From positions 160,001-224,000 of the forward strand of contig JAZKFH010000013.1 in NCBI GenBank assembly GCA_040386535.1: a stretch of DNA of 64,000 nucleotides, given 5' to 3'. Below, piece after piece: positions 38,560 through 48,491 of this stretch. Under the pieces are notes generated by a model. The model was not told the origin of the DNA and did not search any database. It was given only the letters and a program-made list of their open reading frames with translations. This DNA is from Myxococcota bacterium. GTDB lineage: Bacteria > Myxococcota_A > UBA796 > SXON01. The position numbers and the translations under genes were made by a program. Numbering within the stretch: position 1 is the first letter of the stretch; each line of letters opens with the position of its first letter.

Positions 38560-40228
38560 GGTCCCACACGACGACCTCGGCGTCGTCCACACGCGGGGAT
38601 CCGAGCATCTGGCGGAGCCGACGGACCGCTCCCCGTGCGCGGGGCCCGTCCGCGGCGCCGAGGGCCGCCCGGCGCAGCACGACCCAGCGGTAGCCCAGGG
38701 CGACGAACGCGGCCTGGTCGGTGTCCGTGTAGGGGGCGTCGGCGCGCGGGTCGATCGGCCCGAGGATCAGCGCGGCGAGGAACGTGTTGTCGCGCTGGAG
38801 CGCGCGGAGCGCGGCAGGCACGAAGGCGGCGGTGCGCTCGTACATCCCGTTGAGGAGCGGCGTGCCGGTCTCGGCCTGGTACAGCAGCGGCACCTGGTCG
38901 TAGCCCCAGGGCAGGACCACCGCCGCGCCCACGGGGGCTTCGGTGAGCACCGCGACGCCGTCGGGGACCTCGGGGCGCCAGGTGCCGAGCGGGAGCAGCC
39001 CACGCCCCACCGCGTCGAGGGCGAGGCCCGCGACCAGGATCGTGGCGAAGAAGCCGGCCCGGCGGGGCGACGCGGCCCAGGGCCGGCGACCGAGGGCCGA
39101 GAGGCCGACGACGGCGACCGGCACGAGCAGCGCCAGCGCGCGGACGGGCCACCACAGCCGGGCGAGCGGCGGACAGATCATCGCGAGGCTGATGTACACG
39201 GGGTTGGGGACGCCGGCGACGGTCGGGCCCAGGGCGACCACGAGCGCCAGCACCGCGACGAGGCGCCACCGCGCGGGCGCGGCCAGGGCGAGCCCGAGCA
39301 CCACGAGGCCGAGCACGGGGCCGTCGGGTGCGAAGCCGGCGCGGCCGAGGAGGCCGGCCTCGCCGAGGCCGCCGAGCACGGTCAACCGCACCGGATCGCC
39401 CTCGCGGGTGACCACCACGCCGTCGGTCCACCACCGCGCCACGTCGAGGAGGCCCGGCGCCTCTCCCCGCGTCGCGGCCAGCGCGAGGGGGCCCGCCACG
39501 GGCGCGGCCAGCGCGGCAGCGACGCCGAGCAGCACCAGGAGGCGGCCGAGCACGGCACGGGGCGCCCCTCCCGTGCGGGCGGCGTGCACGAGGGCGATTG
39601 TCCCGAGCACACCGATCGCCAACGCGCCGAACAGGCCCGAGAACCAGTAGAACCACCCCTGCAGCCCGAGCAGCGCCCCCGCCGCCACCAGCCGCCCCGC
39701 ACCTCCCCGTCGGAGCCCGGCGTCCCCGAGGACGAGCGCGCCGATCAGCGGCGCCAGGATCGCCTGGGTGGGGCGCCCCTGGCCGAGCTCGTGCAGGACC
39801 ACCGGGTGGAAAGCGCCCAGCGCCGCGCCCACGGCGCCCATCCACGCGCCGCCCCGCCGCGCGACGAGGCCCGCGGCGAGCGCGTTGGTGGCCACGATGG
39901 CGGCCACGAGCGTGTTCCAGGCGACGACCGGGCCGAGCGCGGCCCGCAGTGGGGCCACGAGCAGCGCGTCGAGAAGGTTGGCGCCGGTGTGCGCGAGCAC
40001 GTCCTTCCCGAAGGGGAAGAACAGGCGGTCCGTGGACAGCAGCGACGCGTCGGTGGTGACGGCGTCCGCCACCCACCACTGGAACCACCAGGTGCCGATG
40101 GCATCGACGGTCCCGTGGCCCACCGGGGCGCCGGCGAACACCCCTTCGGCGACGACGATCGCCGCCGCGGCGACCGCCACGGCGACGACTGGCCAGGCGC
40201 CGCCCCGAGACGCGTCGGGAGCGCTCAT
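38534..40228 (-). CDS. Multi-pass membrane protein, GT-C/YfhO-like (paralog 1)
   Basis: D..GTWW, LFFPFG, AWN, ALGP, WWPVR and LYQ..TG.P..NG; ATGA overlap. Confidence 0.75.
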   Translation of the reverse strand: MSAPDASRGGAWPVVAVAVAAAAIVVAEGVFAGAPVGHGTVDAIGTWWFQWWVADAVTTDASLLSTDRLFFPFGKDVLAHTGANLLDALLVAPLRAALGPVVAWNTLVAAIVATNALAAGLVARRGGAWMGAVGAALGAFHPVVLHELGQGRPTQAILAPLIGALVLGDAGLRRGGAGRLVAAGALLGLQGWFYWFSGLFGALAIGVLGTIALVHAARTGGAPRAVLGRLLVLLGVAAALAAPVAGPLALAATRGEAPGLLDVARWWTDGVVVTREGDPVRLTVLGGLGEAGLLGRAGFAPDGPVLGLVVLGLALAAPARWRLVAVLALVVALGPTVAGVPNPVYISLAMICPPLARLWWPVRALALLVPVAVVGLSALGRRPWAASPRRAGFFATILVAGLALDAVGRGLLPLGTWRPEVPDGVAVLTEAPVGAAVVLPWGYDQVPLLYQAETGTPLLNGMYERTAAFVPAALRALQRDNTFLAALILGPIDPRADAPYTDTDQAAFVALGYRWVVLRRAALGAADGPRARGAVRRLRQMLGSPRVDDAEVVVWDLTAPRAGE

Positions 40229-42036
40229 CCGGGCGCGAACGCGCCGATGTCGTAGATGGTCGAGCCGTCCTCGAAGCGCTCGACGATCGGGAGGCGTGCG
40301 TCCAGCCACACGAAGACGCCTTCACGACGCTCGGGCGCGATCAGGCTGGCGTGGACGGAGAGGTAGGCGAACCCGTCCGCCGCCGCCTCGGCGACGCCGG
40401 TGAAGACGGCGTCGTTCGAGCCCTCGTCCCACGCGCCGGAGTCGTACGCGCGGCCGTAGGTCCGCTTCTCCAGGGACGCGTAGAACGCGTTGGCCTCCAT
40501 CGCGGTCGGCAGGTACCCGCTCGGCGCGAAGTCGTAGGGGATGGGCCGCCCGTGCACGGACTGCCAGTAGAAGTACCGCGACACCTCGGAGCGGCTGTCC
40601 GCGTACCGCTGGGGCCAGTCCAGCACCGCACCGGCGCGTGGGAGGGCGACCAGGGCGCGCGCCTCGTCGGGGATGGTCGCGTCGGCCGTGGGGAGGGGCA
40701 GGGAGACGGGCCCCACCGTCGCGAGCTCGGCGATGACCAGGCCCGCCGCCACGGCGCCGAGCGGGAGCCGCACCCCCCAGCGGGCGCGCGCCGCCGCGAT
40801 CAGGCGGTCGACCCCGAGGCCGGCGAGGATGCCGAGGGAGAGGTAGGCGAACAGCGCAAACCGCACGTACGACGTGATCATCCGGACCGGCGGGAGCAGG
40901 TCGCGCAGCAGGCCCCACCAGGGGGCGGCGGTCAGCCGGTAGCTCGTGGTCGAGAGGAACACGAACGGGCCCAGCGACAGGACCGCGCACACCACGGCCA
41001 ACACCCCCCAGCGGCGCGTGCCGGGGCCCCAGCCGATCCAGCCGAGGAGCAGGGCCACCCAGCCCGCGTAGACGCTCTGCCGCAGCACGTCGAGATCGAC
41101 GTGCTTCACCAGGGCCGCGCTGCCGGGCATGAGGTAGCCCACGAGCGTGGCGTAGTCGTGGGCGAGCGACGCCATGACGGTGGCGTCGAGCAGCTCCTGC
41201 TTGCGGTCCGCATAGCCGGCGAGCAGGCCCGTGCCGGCGTCGTAGGTGCCGAGGAGCGCCAGCGCCGGTGGGAGGAAGAGCGCGCCGGCGAACACGGCGC
41301 CCAAGACGACGAACGACCCGCGACGGAGGTGCGTCACGTCGGCCATCGGCGGGGGGCGCAGCAGCGCGGCGGCGGGCAGGACCGCGGCGAGCACGAAGAG
41401 GGGTGCGAGCACGGCCATCATGACCGACCAGTACAGGCACGAGAGCGCCATGACCGCCCAGGCCACGCCGGCCGTCAGCGCGGAGCCGAAGCTCGGCTTC
41501 CGCACCAGCCGGATGGCAGCCACGAGGAACAGGGCACACCAGCCGCCGGTCGTCGTCTCCACCACGGCGCTCGACACGCCGTAGGAGAGCACGAACGAGT
41601 TGAACCCGAAGATGGTCCCGGCGACCAGCGCGCCGCCGTAGCCGAGGCCGACCGCCCGCGCCAACGCCCAGGCGCCGACCGCCGCGAGCACGAGATGCCC
41701 GAGCACCAGCAGGTTGAACGCCGGTACGATCCCGAGGGTGAGCTGGAGCGGGATGGCGAGCGCGTCGTGAACGGGGGCAATGCTCGAGAACGAGCCCCCG
41801 CGGGGGAAGGCGATCTCCGGCGCGTCGAGCGGCCAGGCGCCGTCCCGCGTCAGGCGTTGGAGGGTCCAGACGTGTGCCCAGACCGTGCGCCAGGGGCCGG
41901 AGCGGTCGTCCCCGATGACGACGCTCCCAAGGTTCTGCACGGCGGGCCAGGTCACGCCCGCGGCCAGCGCCACGAACCACGCGAGCGCGGCCACCGGCGG
42001 GCCCCAGCGGCGCGGGCTGAACGGCCCTTCGCTCAC
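40225..42036 (-). CDS. Multi-pass membrane protein, GT-C/YfhO-like (paralog 2)
   Basis: IGDD, IAFPRG, AFN, SLGP, SYVRF and YWQSVHGRP. Confidence 0.75.
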   Translation of the reverse strand: MSEGPFSPRRWGPPVAALAWFVALAAGVTWPAVQNLGSVVIGDDRSGPWRTVWAHVWTLQRLTRDGAWPLDAPEIAFPRGGSFSSIAPVHDALAIPLQLTLGIVPAFNLLVLGHLVLAAVGAWALARAVGLGYGGALVAGTIFGFNSFVLSYGVSSAVVETTTGGWCALFLVAAIRLVRKPSFGSALTAGVAWAVMALSCLYWSVMMAVLAPLFVLAAVLPAAALLRPPPMADVTHLRRGSFVVLGAVFAGALFLPPALALLGTYDAGTGLLAGYADRKQELLDATVMASLAHDYATLVGYLMPGSAALVKHVDLDVLRQSVYAGWVALLLGWIGWGPGTRRWGVLAVVCAVLSLGPFVFLSTTSYRLTAAPWWGLLRDLLPPVRMITSYVRFALFAYLSLGILAGLGVDRLIAAARARWGVRLPLGAVAAGLVIAELATVGPVSLPLPTADATIPDEARALVALPRAGAVLDWPQRYADSRSEVSRYFYWQSVHGRPIPYDFAPSGYLPTAMEANAFYASLEKRTYGRAYDSGAWDEGSNDAVFTGVAEAAADGFAYLSVHASLIAPERREGVFVWLDARLPIVERFEDGSTIYDIGAFAPG

Positions 42037-42725
42037 GACGATACTCCGAGCCAGCGGATCCAGGCGGGGTCGGACAGCAGCGCCGCGCGGCCGGCCTCAT
42101 CGAGGAAGCGGAGGACCTCCGGGAGGTCGAGGAGCCGCGCCCGTTGCGCCGCGACGAGGCTGGTGGCCGCGTCCGCGAGGCGGCCGTCCGCGAGGGCCTG
42201 GTCTACATCCGGGATGGCGTAGGAGGCGCGCGCCGCGGCGTCCTCCAGCAGGCGCCAGGAGAGGCTCGGCACGCCGCCCCGATCGGCGCGTGGCACCGAG
42301 GTGTCGGTGAGCAGCGCCGCCCGAAGGCCCCACGCGGGCGCCGAGGGCGACGTGGCGACGGTGGCAGCAACCTCCAGACACGCGCGCTGGGTGGACCCGA
42401 GGTGCGCGAGCGCGAGCTCCCAGCGCTGGCCTGACTCTCCCATCGCGAGCGTGCCGCGGACGCTGCCCGCGGCGGCGAGGTGCGCGCGTGCGACCGCCGG
42501 GTTCCCCTGATCGCACAGGGGGTCGGCCACCAACGCGCCGGCGGCTGCCGTGGCGGGCGCGAGCGGCTCCGTGTCCTCCGTGGCGGCGCTGCCGCACCTG
42601 GCGCCCGCGAGCCCCAGGACGACCGCCGCCGCCCGCCACCACGCTGCGCGGGCGGAAGCGCGCGTCCACGACGCGTGCGCTCGACGCTCTCCGTCATCCG
42701 TTGCGCCGCCCGTCGTCACCGCCAC
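42033..42725 (-). CDS. Hypothetical protein (possible lipoprotein); start uncertain
   Basis: Stop overlaps the next start (GTGA); hydrophobic stretch then Cys (VVLGLAGARC); fills the gap between the divergent GT-C genes. Confidence 0.45.
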   Translation of the reverse strand: MAVTTGGATDDGERRAHASWTRASARAAWWRAAAVVLGLAGARCGSAATEDTEPLAPATAAAGALVADPLCDQGNPAVARAHLAAAGSVRGTLAMGESGQRWELALAHLGSTQRACLEVAATVATSPSAPAWGLRAALLTDTSVPRADRGGVPSLSWRLLEDAAARASYAIPDVDQALADGRLADAATSLVAAQRARLLDLPEVLRFLDEAGRAALLSDPAWIRWLGVSS

Positions 42726-42798
42726 CCCGCGGCTCGCAACTTGGCGCGTTGCCACTCGCACGTCAACCCGGCGCGCTCGCCGTGTTAGCGCACGCAGC

Positions 42799-44595
42799 GT
42801 GAAGCCAGCCGCCCCGCCCACTCCTCCCGGCACCGATGCCCGCCCGCGCCCCCGCCTCCGGTTCGAGGCGCTCGCGGTCTCCGCCCTCTTCCTCGCGGCG
42901 GCGTGCTTCGTCACCTGGCCCACGGTCCTCGACCTCGATGGCGCCTTCCCGTTCAGCGTTCGTCGCTTCGACGGGTACGGCGTCGTGTGGTTCGGCGAGC
43001 ACGCGTGGCGCGTGGTGCGCGGCGAGGTGAGCGCGTTCCACGCTCCCGAGGTCGCGTGGCCGGAGGGCCTCGATCTGCGGCTCGCCGACAGCTTCTTGTT
43101 CGGGCTGCTGTACCTCCCGTTCCGCGCCGTCTTCTCGCCGGTCGCCGCGTACAACGCGTTCACGATCGCCGCGTTGGCGTCCACGGCGGTCGCGGGATGG
43201 TGGTTCGCCCGGCGGGACCTCGGCGTCGGCTCGCTCGCCGCGATCGGCGCGGGCTGGATCGTGGGGTTCTCCTCGCTCGTCCACAGCTTTCGCTTGGAGG
43301 GAGAGGCCTACCTCCTCGCGGGGGGGCTGCTCCCCCTGTTCGCGGGGGCGGTCGTACGCGTCGGGCGTGACGGGCGCGTGCGGGACGGCATCGTCGGCGG
43401 CGCGCTGCTCGCCTCCCTCGGATGGTCCACGGGCTACTTCGGGATCAATGGCGCGCTCCTGGCCGCCGTCGTCGGGCCCGTCGTCTGGGCGATCCACGCG
43501 CGGGACGCCACTGGCCCCACCAACCAACGTCGCCTCGTCGCGGTCGTCGCCGCGGCGATCACAGCGCTGGTGCTTCTGCTCCCGCTGATGGCCCTGTTGG
43601 GCGGTGGCGGTGGCGCGGACGCCATCGCCGCGCGGTTCCCCGACGGCGAGGATCCGCTCCGCAACGTCGCCCAGGACAGCGTGACGCTCTCGGGCATCCT
43701 CGTCCCGTTCCCCGCCTCGGCGCCGCTCCGGCAGGATCGCATCTTCTACCTTGGGCTCGCCGGCCTCGTGCTTGCCGGCCTCGCGCTGGTCACGCGCGCG
43801 CCCCGCCGCACCGCGCCCTGGGCCGCCTTGCTCGGCATCTCGCTGGTGTTCGCGCTCGGTCCGCTGCTCCGCATCGACGATGCCTCGAACGTCGGCATGC
43901 GCCTCCCGTACGCCTGGATCGCCGACGTGGCGCCGCAGATCCTCGCCTACCGCATGCCCGCCCGCCTCCTGTCGGTGACCGCCGTGGCGCTCGCCGCCCT
44001 CGCGGCCCTCGCGCTCGAGGGGCTGCGCCGGGACGGCCTCGGTCGCGGCTGGCGCGTCGCGTTGTTGGCCTGCCTCGCCATCGACGGCCTCTTCTTCACC
44101 GGCGCCGCACTGGATCCGACGGGCGCACCCGCGCGCGTGCCGGAGGGGTACTCGGCGCTGTCGGGGCGGGGCGCGGTGTTCGACCTGTTCGGTGCCGACC
44201 GCCTCCTGCTCCGCTACAGTGGCCGCTCCGTGTTCTACCAGGTTGCCCACGGCCAACCCGTTTTTGCCGACTTCACGCGCGGCGAGGGTCGAATGACATC
44301 TGTGAGCCGTCGCATCGCTGTCGCGCTGGTGCTCAATGACGACGCGGAGGCGAACGCGTTGTTCGAGGCGCTCGCCGCGGTCGGTGCGACTGACCTCGCC
44401 GTGCACGTCGACAGCTTCCCCACGTCCGACCGCGACACCGTTCGTGCAGGGCTCGTGCGGATCCTGGGCGACGCGGCGCCCGCGCCGGCCGACACCAGCG
44501 GCGACGTGGTGGAGGTGTTCGCCCTCCCCGCGCCGCCGGCCGGGCTCGACAAGGTCTCGGCGCTCCAGGTGCTCGACGCGACGGGAGCCCTGTGA
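42799..44595 (+). CDS. Multi-pass membrane protein, GT-C/YfhO-like (paralog 3)
   Basis: VTWP, FDGYG.VW, VAWPEG, AYN, ALGP, RMPARL and FYQVAHGQP; start approximate. Confidence 0.75.
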   Translation: MKPAAPPTPPGTDARPRPRLRFEALAVSALFLAAACFVTWPTVLDLDGAFPFSVRRFDGYGVVWFGEHAWRVVRGEVSAFHAPEVAWPEGLDLRLADSFLFGLLYLPFRAVFSPVAAYNAFTIAALASTAVAGWWFARRDLGVGSLAAIGAGWIVGFSSLVHSFRLEGEAYLLAGGLLPLFAGAVVRVGRDGRVRDGIVGGALLASLGWSTGYFGINGALLAAVVGPVVWAIHARDATGPTNQRRLVAVVAAAITALVLLLPLMALLGGGGGADAIAARFPDGEDPLRNVAQDSVTLSGILVPFPASAPLRQDRIFYLGLAGLVLAGLALVTRAPRRTAPWAALLGISLVFALGPLLRIDDASNVGMRLPYAWIADVAPQILAYRMPARLLSVTAVALAALAALALEGLRRDGLGRGWRVALLACLAIDGLFFTGAALDPTGAPARVPEGYSALSGRGAVFDLFGADRLLLRYSGRSVFYQVAHGQPVFADFTRGEGRMTSVSRRIAVALVLNDDAEANALFEALAAVGATDLAVHVDSFPTSDRDTVRAGLVRILGDAAPAPADTSGDVVEVFALPAPPAGLDKVSALQVLDATGAL

Positions 44596-45110
44596 GCGGC
44601 GGTGGCTCCAACGGCCTCGTGGCCGTCGCGGTCGTCTTGCCGGCCGGCGTCGAGCGGGTCCGCCTCGTGGCGGGCACCACGTCCACGCCTGACGTGGTCG
44701 CCTTCTCGGACGACGGCTCGTTCGCGTTCGACCTGAACGCGGACGGCGAGTTCTGGGCGATCCTCCCGCCGAACAACGCCACCACCACGGTGCGCATCGC
44801 CGGGCGCATCGGCGACGCCCAGGTCTCCCACACCGAGATCGTCGAGGTGCCCGCCGCGTGGCGGGACCGCACCTACCCGGTCACCCTCCGCGCGACGCTG
44901 GAGGACGGCCAGTGGATCATGGAGCGGACCCTCGGCTCTCCGCTCCCCATGTGGGACGGGCCGACGGGGGCCGGGTTGGCCGGCAAGGCCGAACAGGTGG
45001 GCCTCTCCGCGCCCACGCTCTACTTCGGATGGGGCGCCTTCGTGCTCGCGCTCGCGCTCACTGCGGCGGTCCGGGGGGCGATCCTCCGGGCGCGTCGAAC
45101 CCTGACGTGA
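44592..45110 (+). CDS. Hypothetical protein with a C-terminal transmembrane helix
   Basis: GTGA overlap with the upstream gene; beta-rich body with a hydrophobic end. Confidence 0.55.
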   Translation: MSGGGSNGLVAVAVVLPAGVERVRLVAGTTSTPDVVAFSDDGSFAFDLNADGEFWAILPPNNATTTVRIAGRIGDAQVSHTEIVEVPAAWRDRTYPVTLRATLEDGQWIMERTLGSPLPMWDGPTGAGLAGKAEQVGLSAPTLYFGWGAFVLALALTAAVRGAILRARRTLT

Positions 45111-47340
45111 GCGCCGCGTCGTCGTCCATGGCGTCACGCAGGGCGTAGATGCGCACCGCGGGATTGGCGAAGCGGGGAGGCCCGAAGTTGCGCTCGATGT
45201 GTTCGCCGAGCTCGCCCCACCCGCCCCCGACCATGCCGGTCGCCAACAGGCCGCTCAAGCGCTCCTGGTCCACGATGATCCAGCGCAGCCCTTGGTCCCA
45301 CGCCTCGTCGAGCGCCTGGCGAGCGAAGGGCTGCTCCCCGGGACGCGACAGGAAGCGCAACAACGGCGCCTTGTCGAGCCCGGAGTGGACCGGCCCCGCC
45401 GCCTCGATCGCGATCCCGGCGGAGGGGCCGGTGGCGATCGCGCGCCGATGGAGGCGCTGCCACGCGAGCGGCATGTCGTTGCCGGCGAGCGGGATGACCA
45501 CGACGGCGCCGTCGTCTCCGAGGAGCGACCACCAGGAGGGCGGGTCGAACGCGAAGCGGGCGAGGGGGAGGCGACCATTGGCGGCGGGAAGCCCGAGCGC
45601 CAGCGCCACCGCGAGCGCGAGAAAACCGACGGGGGCCAGCGGGCGAACGCCCCGGTCGGCGCCCGGCGAAAGGTCGCTCAGCGCCAACGCGAGCCAGACC
45701 GCGAGACAGAGCCCGCCAGGCACGAGCATCCATGCCGGCACGCCCGATCGCGAGAAGAAGGGGACCCAGCGGTACAGCAGATCCCAGGGGCCCGAGTAGG
45801 CCACCTCGTCGACCAGGATCCAGGGGCCGAGGGCCACGGCGGCGAACGAGAGCGCGAGGAGGAGCCACCCGGGACGGCGGCCGCGTGGCAAGAGCACGCA
45901 CGCGAGCAGGGCCAGGGAGACGAGGGCGAGCTGAACGCCCCACTCCGGGAGCGGCCCGCCCCCGAAGAGCAGCTGCTCGGGGGAGAGGGAGCCCTGCGCG
46001 ATCTCCTTGATTCGTGCGTCGGTGCCAGGGTCCCCGGCGGTGTCGAGGAGGGAGAGCCCGGCCTCGACGGACGCGACCTGTCCGCCGTGGAAGGCCACCA
46101 CGAGGGGGATCGCGGCGAGCGCGGCCGGCGCGACGACGTAGGCGCCGTGGCGCAGGTTGTCCCAGAGCACGGCGCGCGCGGGCGCGTCGCGGACGGCCCG
46201 GTCCAGCCAGGCGAGGCCGAGCAAGGTCAGCGCGATGCCGCCGTACCACCACCAGATGTAGCCGGCTGCCATGGTCCAACCTGCCGCCACCAGCGCGTCG
46301 CTCCGGCGATGTCCGTCCAGCGCGCGGAGGCCGGCGCGGAGCGCGAGCGGCAGGGCGAACGCGAGGAGCTGGGCCTGGCGCCCTTCCTCCGCGGCCACGA
46401 GCAGCGGAGGCGCCACCGCGAAGCCGACGCCGGCGAGCAGCGAGGCGATGCGATGGGCGCCCGCCGTGCGCGCGAGGGCGGCGGCGGCCACGCCGTTGGT
46501 CACGAGCGCCGCCGCGACGAAGACGTTCCAGAACCCGGGATAGCCGAAGAGGTGGACGAACGGCGCGGCGAGGAGCGCGGGGGCGAGGTTGCCGAAGAGC
46601 GCAGCGAGGTCGGCGCCGAACGGCCACCACAACGCGTCGGTGCGCACGAGGGCGGCGAAGTCGCCGCGGAGGAGCGCGTCGGCTACCCAGGCATCCAGCC
46701 ACAACGCACCGGGAACCCGCGTGTCGACGCCGCCGATGACGAGGGTCTCGGCGCTGCTCGGACCCACGAACACGCCGGCCACCAGTGACACCACCGCCGC
46801 ACACATCACGACGGCGGCGACGACGCGCCACACCGCTCGCGGTACGCGGGAGAGTTCGTGGGGAGGGGCCGTCAGGCCGATGCGCGCGCGCAGGCGGTCG
46901 AGGGCGGGGTCGGCGCCGCCGGGAAGTTGCTCGAGGCGGGTGGCCAGGGCCACGTCGCGCACGATGATCTCGACGTGGGCCGCCCCGGCCGCGGCGAGAG
47001 TGTCGAGGAGCCGCACGAGGCGGGCCTCGGCCCGCTCGAGGAACGCCCAACCGCCCAGCACGTGGACGCCGTCGAGGAGGAGCAACGAGCGGGGATCCTT
47101 CCCCGAGGGGTCGCGGAGCAGGCGGGCGAGCGCCGCCACATCCGCCGGGGCCGTCTGCACCTCGGCTCCGCTGTCGGTCAGCAGCCGCTGCCACTCGACG
47201 CCGGCGGCGGCCTCGGACACGACGACCACGCGGCGCCGAGCCGCGCGGGCGCTGATCAGGAGGGGGGCGAGGCCCGCGTTCGAGGTCGCTTCCACTCGCA
47301 CGGAAGTCGCGGCGGGAGCGGGGCGGCGGGCTGTCGTCAC
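45058..47340 (-). CDS. Multi-pass membrane protein, GT-C/YfhO-like (paralog 4), with an N-terminal soluble extension
   Basis: IGGVD, LWWPFG, FWN, ALGP and AWQRLH; start approximate. Confidence 0.7.
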   Translation of the reverse strand: MTTARRPAPAATSVRVEATSNAGLAPLLISARAARRRVVVVSEAAAGVEWQRLLTDSGAEVQTAPADVAALARLLRDPSGKDPRSLLLLDGVHVLGGWAFLERAEARLVRLLDTLAAAGAAHVEIIVRDVALATRLEQLPGGADPALDRLRARIGLTAPPHELSRVPRAVWRVVAAVVMCAAVVSLVAGVFVGPSSAETLVIGGVDTRVPGALWLDAWVADALLRGDFAALVRTDALWWPFGADLAALFGNLAPALLAAPFVHLFGYPGFWNVFVAAALVTNGVAAAALARTAGAHRIASLLAGVGFAVAPPLLVAAEEGRQAQLLAFALPLALRAGLRALDGHRRSDALVAAGWTMAAGYIWWWYGGIALTLLGLAWLDRAVRDAPARAVLWDNLRHGAYVVAPAALAAIPLVVAFHGGQVASVEAGLSLLDTAGDPGTDARIKEIAQGSLSPEQLLFGGGPLPEWGVQLALVSLALLACVLLPRGRRPGWLLLALSFAAVALGPWILVDEVAYSGPWDLLYRWVPFFSRSGVPAWMLVPGGLCLAVWLALALSDLSPGADRGVRPLAPVGFLALAVALALGLPAANGRLPLARFAFDPPSWWSLLGDDGAVVVIPLAGNDMPLAWQRLHRRAIATGPSAGIAIEAAGPVHSGLDKAPLLRFLSRPGEQPFARQALDEAWDQGLRWIIVDQERLSGLLATGMVGGGWGELGEHIERNFGPPRFANPAVRIYALRDAMDDDAALTSGFDAPGGSPPGPPQ

Positions 47341-47445
47341 GGCGTTGATACTCGTGGACCTGCTAACTGCCCGCGTGGTCGATAGCCCGTGGGCCGGGCC
47401 GATGGGGCGTTCGGGTGCTGTACGCCGCTGGTGGATCGGAACCTC

Positions 47446-47811
47446 GTGAGATACGCGTGGGGCGTGCTCGCTTTCCTCACGCTCGGAATCACGCTGCTCG
47501 CTTCGTGCCGGGCGCCGGATTGTGCATCGCTCGTGGCGGGGCCGGAGCGGGACGGTTGCCTCCACAAGCAGGCCTCCGCCGCGGCCCGATCGGGCAAGCT
47601 GGATCTGGCCTATGCCAGCGTCCGATCCATCGAGGCGCCCGTAGCGCGGGCAGCGGCGATCGACGCCGTGGTGGCGACCGCCCCCGAGAAGGTCGACGGC
47701 GCCAGTGTCCTCTCCCTCTGCGAGACTCTGCCGCAGCCCTTTTACGACTCCTGCTGGACCATGTGGAATCGGCCCCATCTGTGGAACGATCCCTCCAGCC
47801 GAAACAAGTAG
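47446..47811 (+). CDS. Small Cys-paired lipoprotein
   Basis: LLASC lipobox; two C-x9-11-C pairs. Confidence 0.6.
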   Translation: MRYAWGVLAFLTLGITLLASCRAPDCASLVAGPERDGCLHKQASAAARSGKLDLAYASVRSIEAPVARAAAIDAVVATAPEKVDGASVLSLCETLPQPFYDSCWTMWNRPHLWNDPSSRNK

Positions 47812-47819
47812 GCGGACGG

Positions 47820-48473
47820 ATGGTACGACGGCCGATCCTGCTGGCGTTCCTCCTCCTCGCCAGCTGCAAACGTCCTCCGCTTGGTGAGGGCCTGCCGCCG
47901 GGCGTCGCCAAGAGCCTGGAGACCTGCGCTGTCAGCACGGGAGAGGTGCGCGATCACTGCGCCGTCACGGTCGCGAGCCACCTCAACCTCACCGGCGCGC
48001 AGTGGCTCGTGTTGTGTGAGCAGCTCGGCGGAGACACCGCCGTGGACATCTGCGTGGAGCGCGCTGCCTGGGCGGAGAAGGAGCCTGCGCCGTACACCGT
48101 CTGCGCGCGCATCTCCCACACGCGCACGCGCCAGTCCTGCCTCCTCGGCGCGACGAACGCGATCGTCGAGGGGCCGATCCCGCCCCTGGTCGACGTGTGC
48201 GCACGAACGGCGGAGCTCGAGGCCGATTGTTGGGTGCACGTGGTGGCGGGTCGTCGCTTCCTGTGGCTCGCCGAGGGGCAGGACCGGGCGGCGGCCGACG
48301 TGGCGGAGGCCGTGGCGCTCCGTCCGCGCCTCGCCGGGCTCGTGCCGTTCGCGAGCGAGGTGGGGCGTGTGCTCGGGACGACCCCCGAGGGAACCGGGGC
48401 GTCCGCCTGTGACTCGTTCGAGGCCACAATCCCGCGCGAGACCTGCTTCAGCAGCCGGACGCGGCGGAACTAG
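47820..48473 (+). CDS. Cys-paired repeat lipoprotein
   Basis: MVRRPILLAFLLLASC lipobox; five C-x9-11-C pairs. Confidence 0.7.
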   Translation: MVRRPILLAFLLLASCKRPPLGEGLPPGVAKSLETCAVSTGEVRDHCAVTVASHLNLTGAQWLVLCEQLGGDTAVDICVERAAWAEKEPAPYTVCARISHTRTRQSCLLGATNAIVEGPIPPLVDVCARTAELEADCWVHVVAGRRFLWLAEGQDRAAADVAEAVALRPRLAGLVPFASEVGRVLGTTPEGTGASACDSFEATIPRETCFSSRTRRN

Positions 48474-48491
48474 ACGGGTCAGCGGCGCCGA

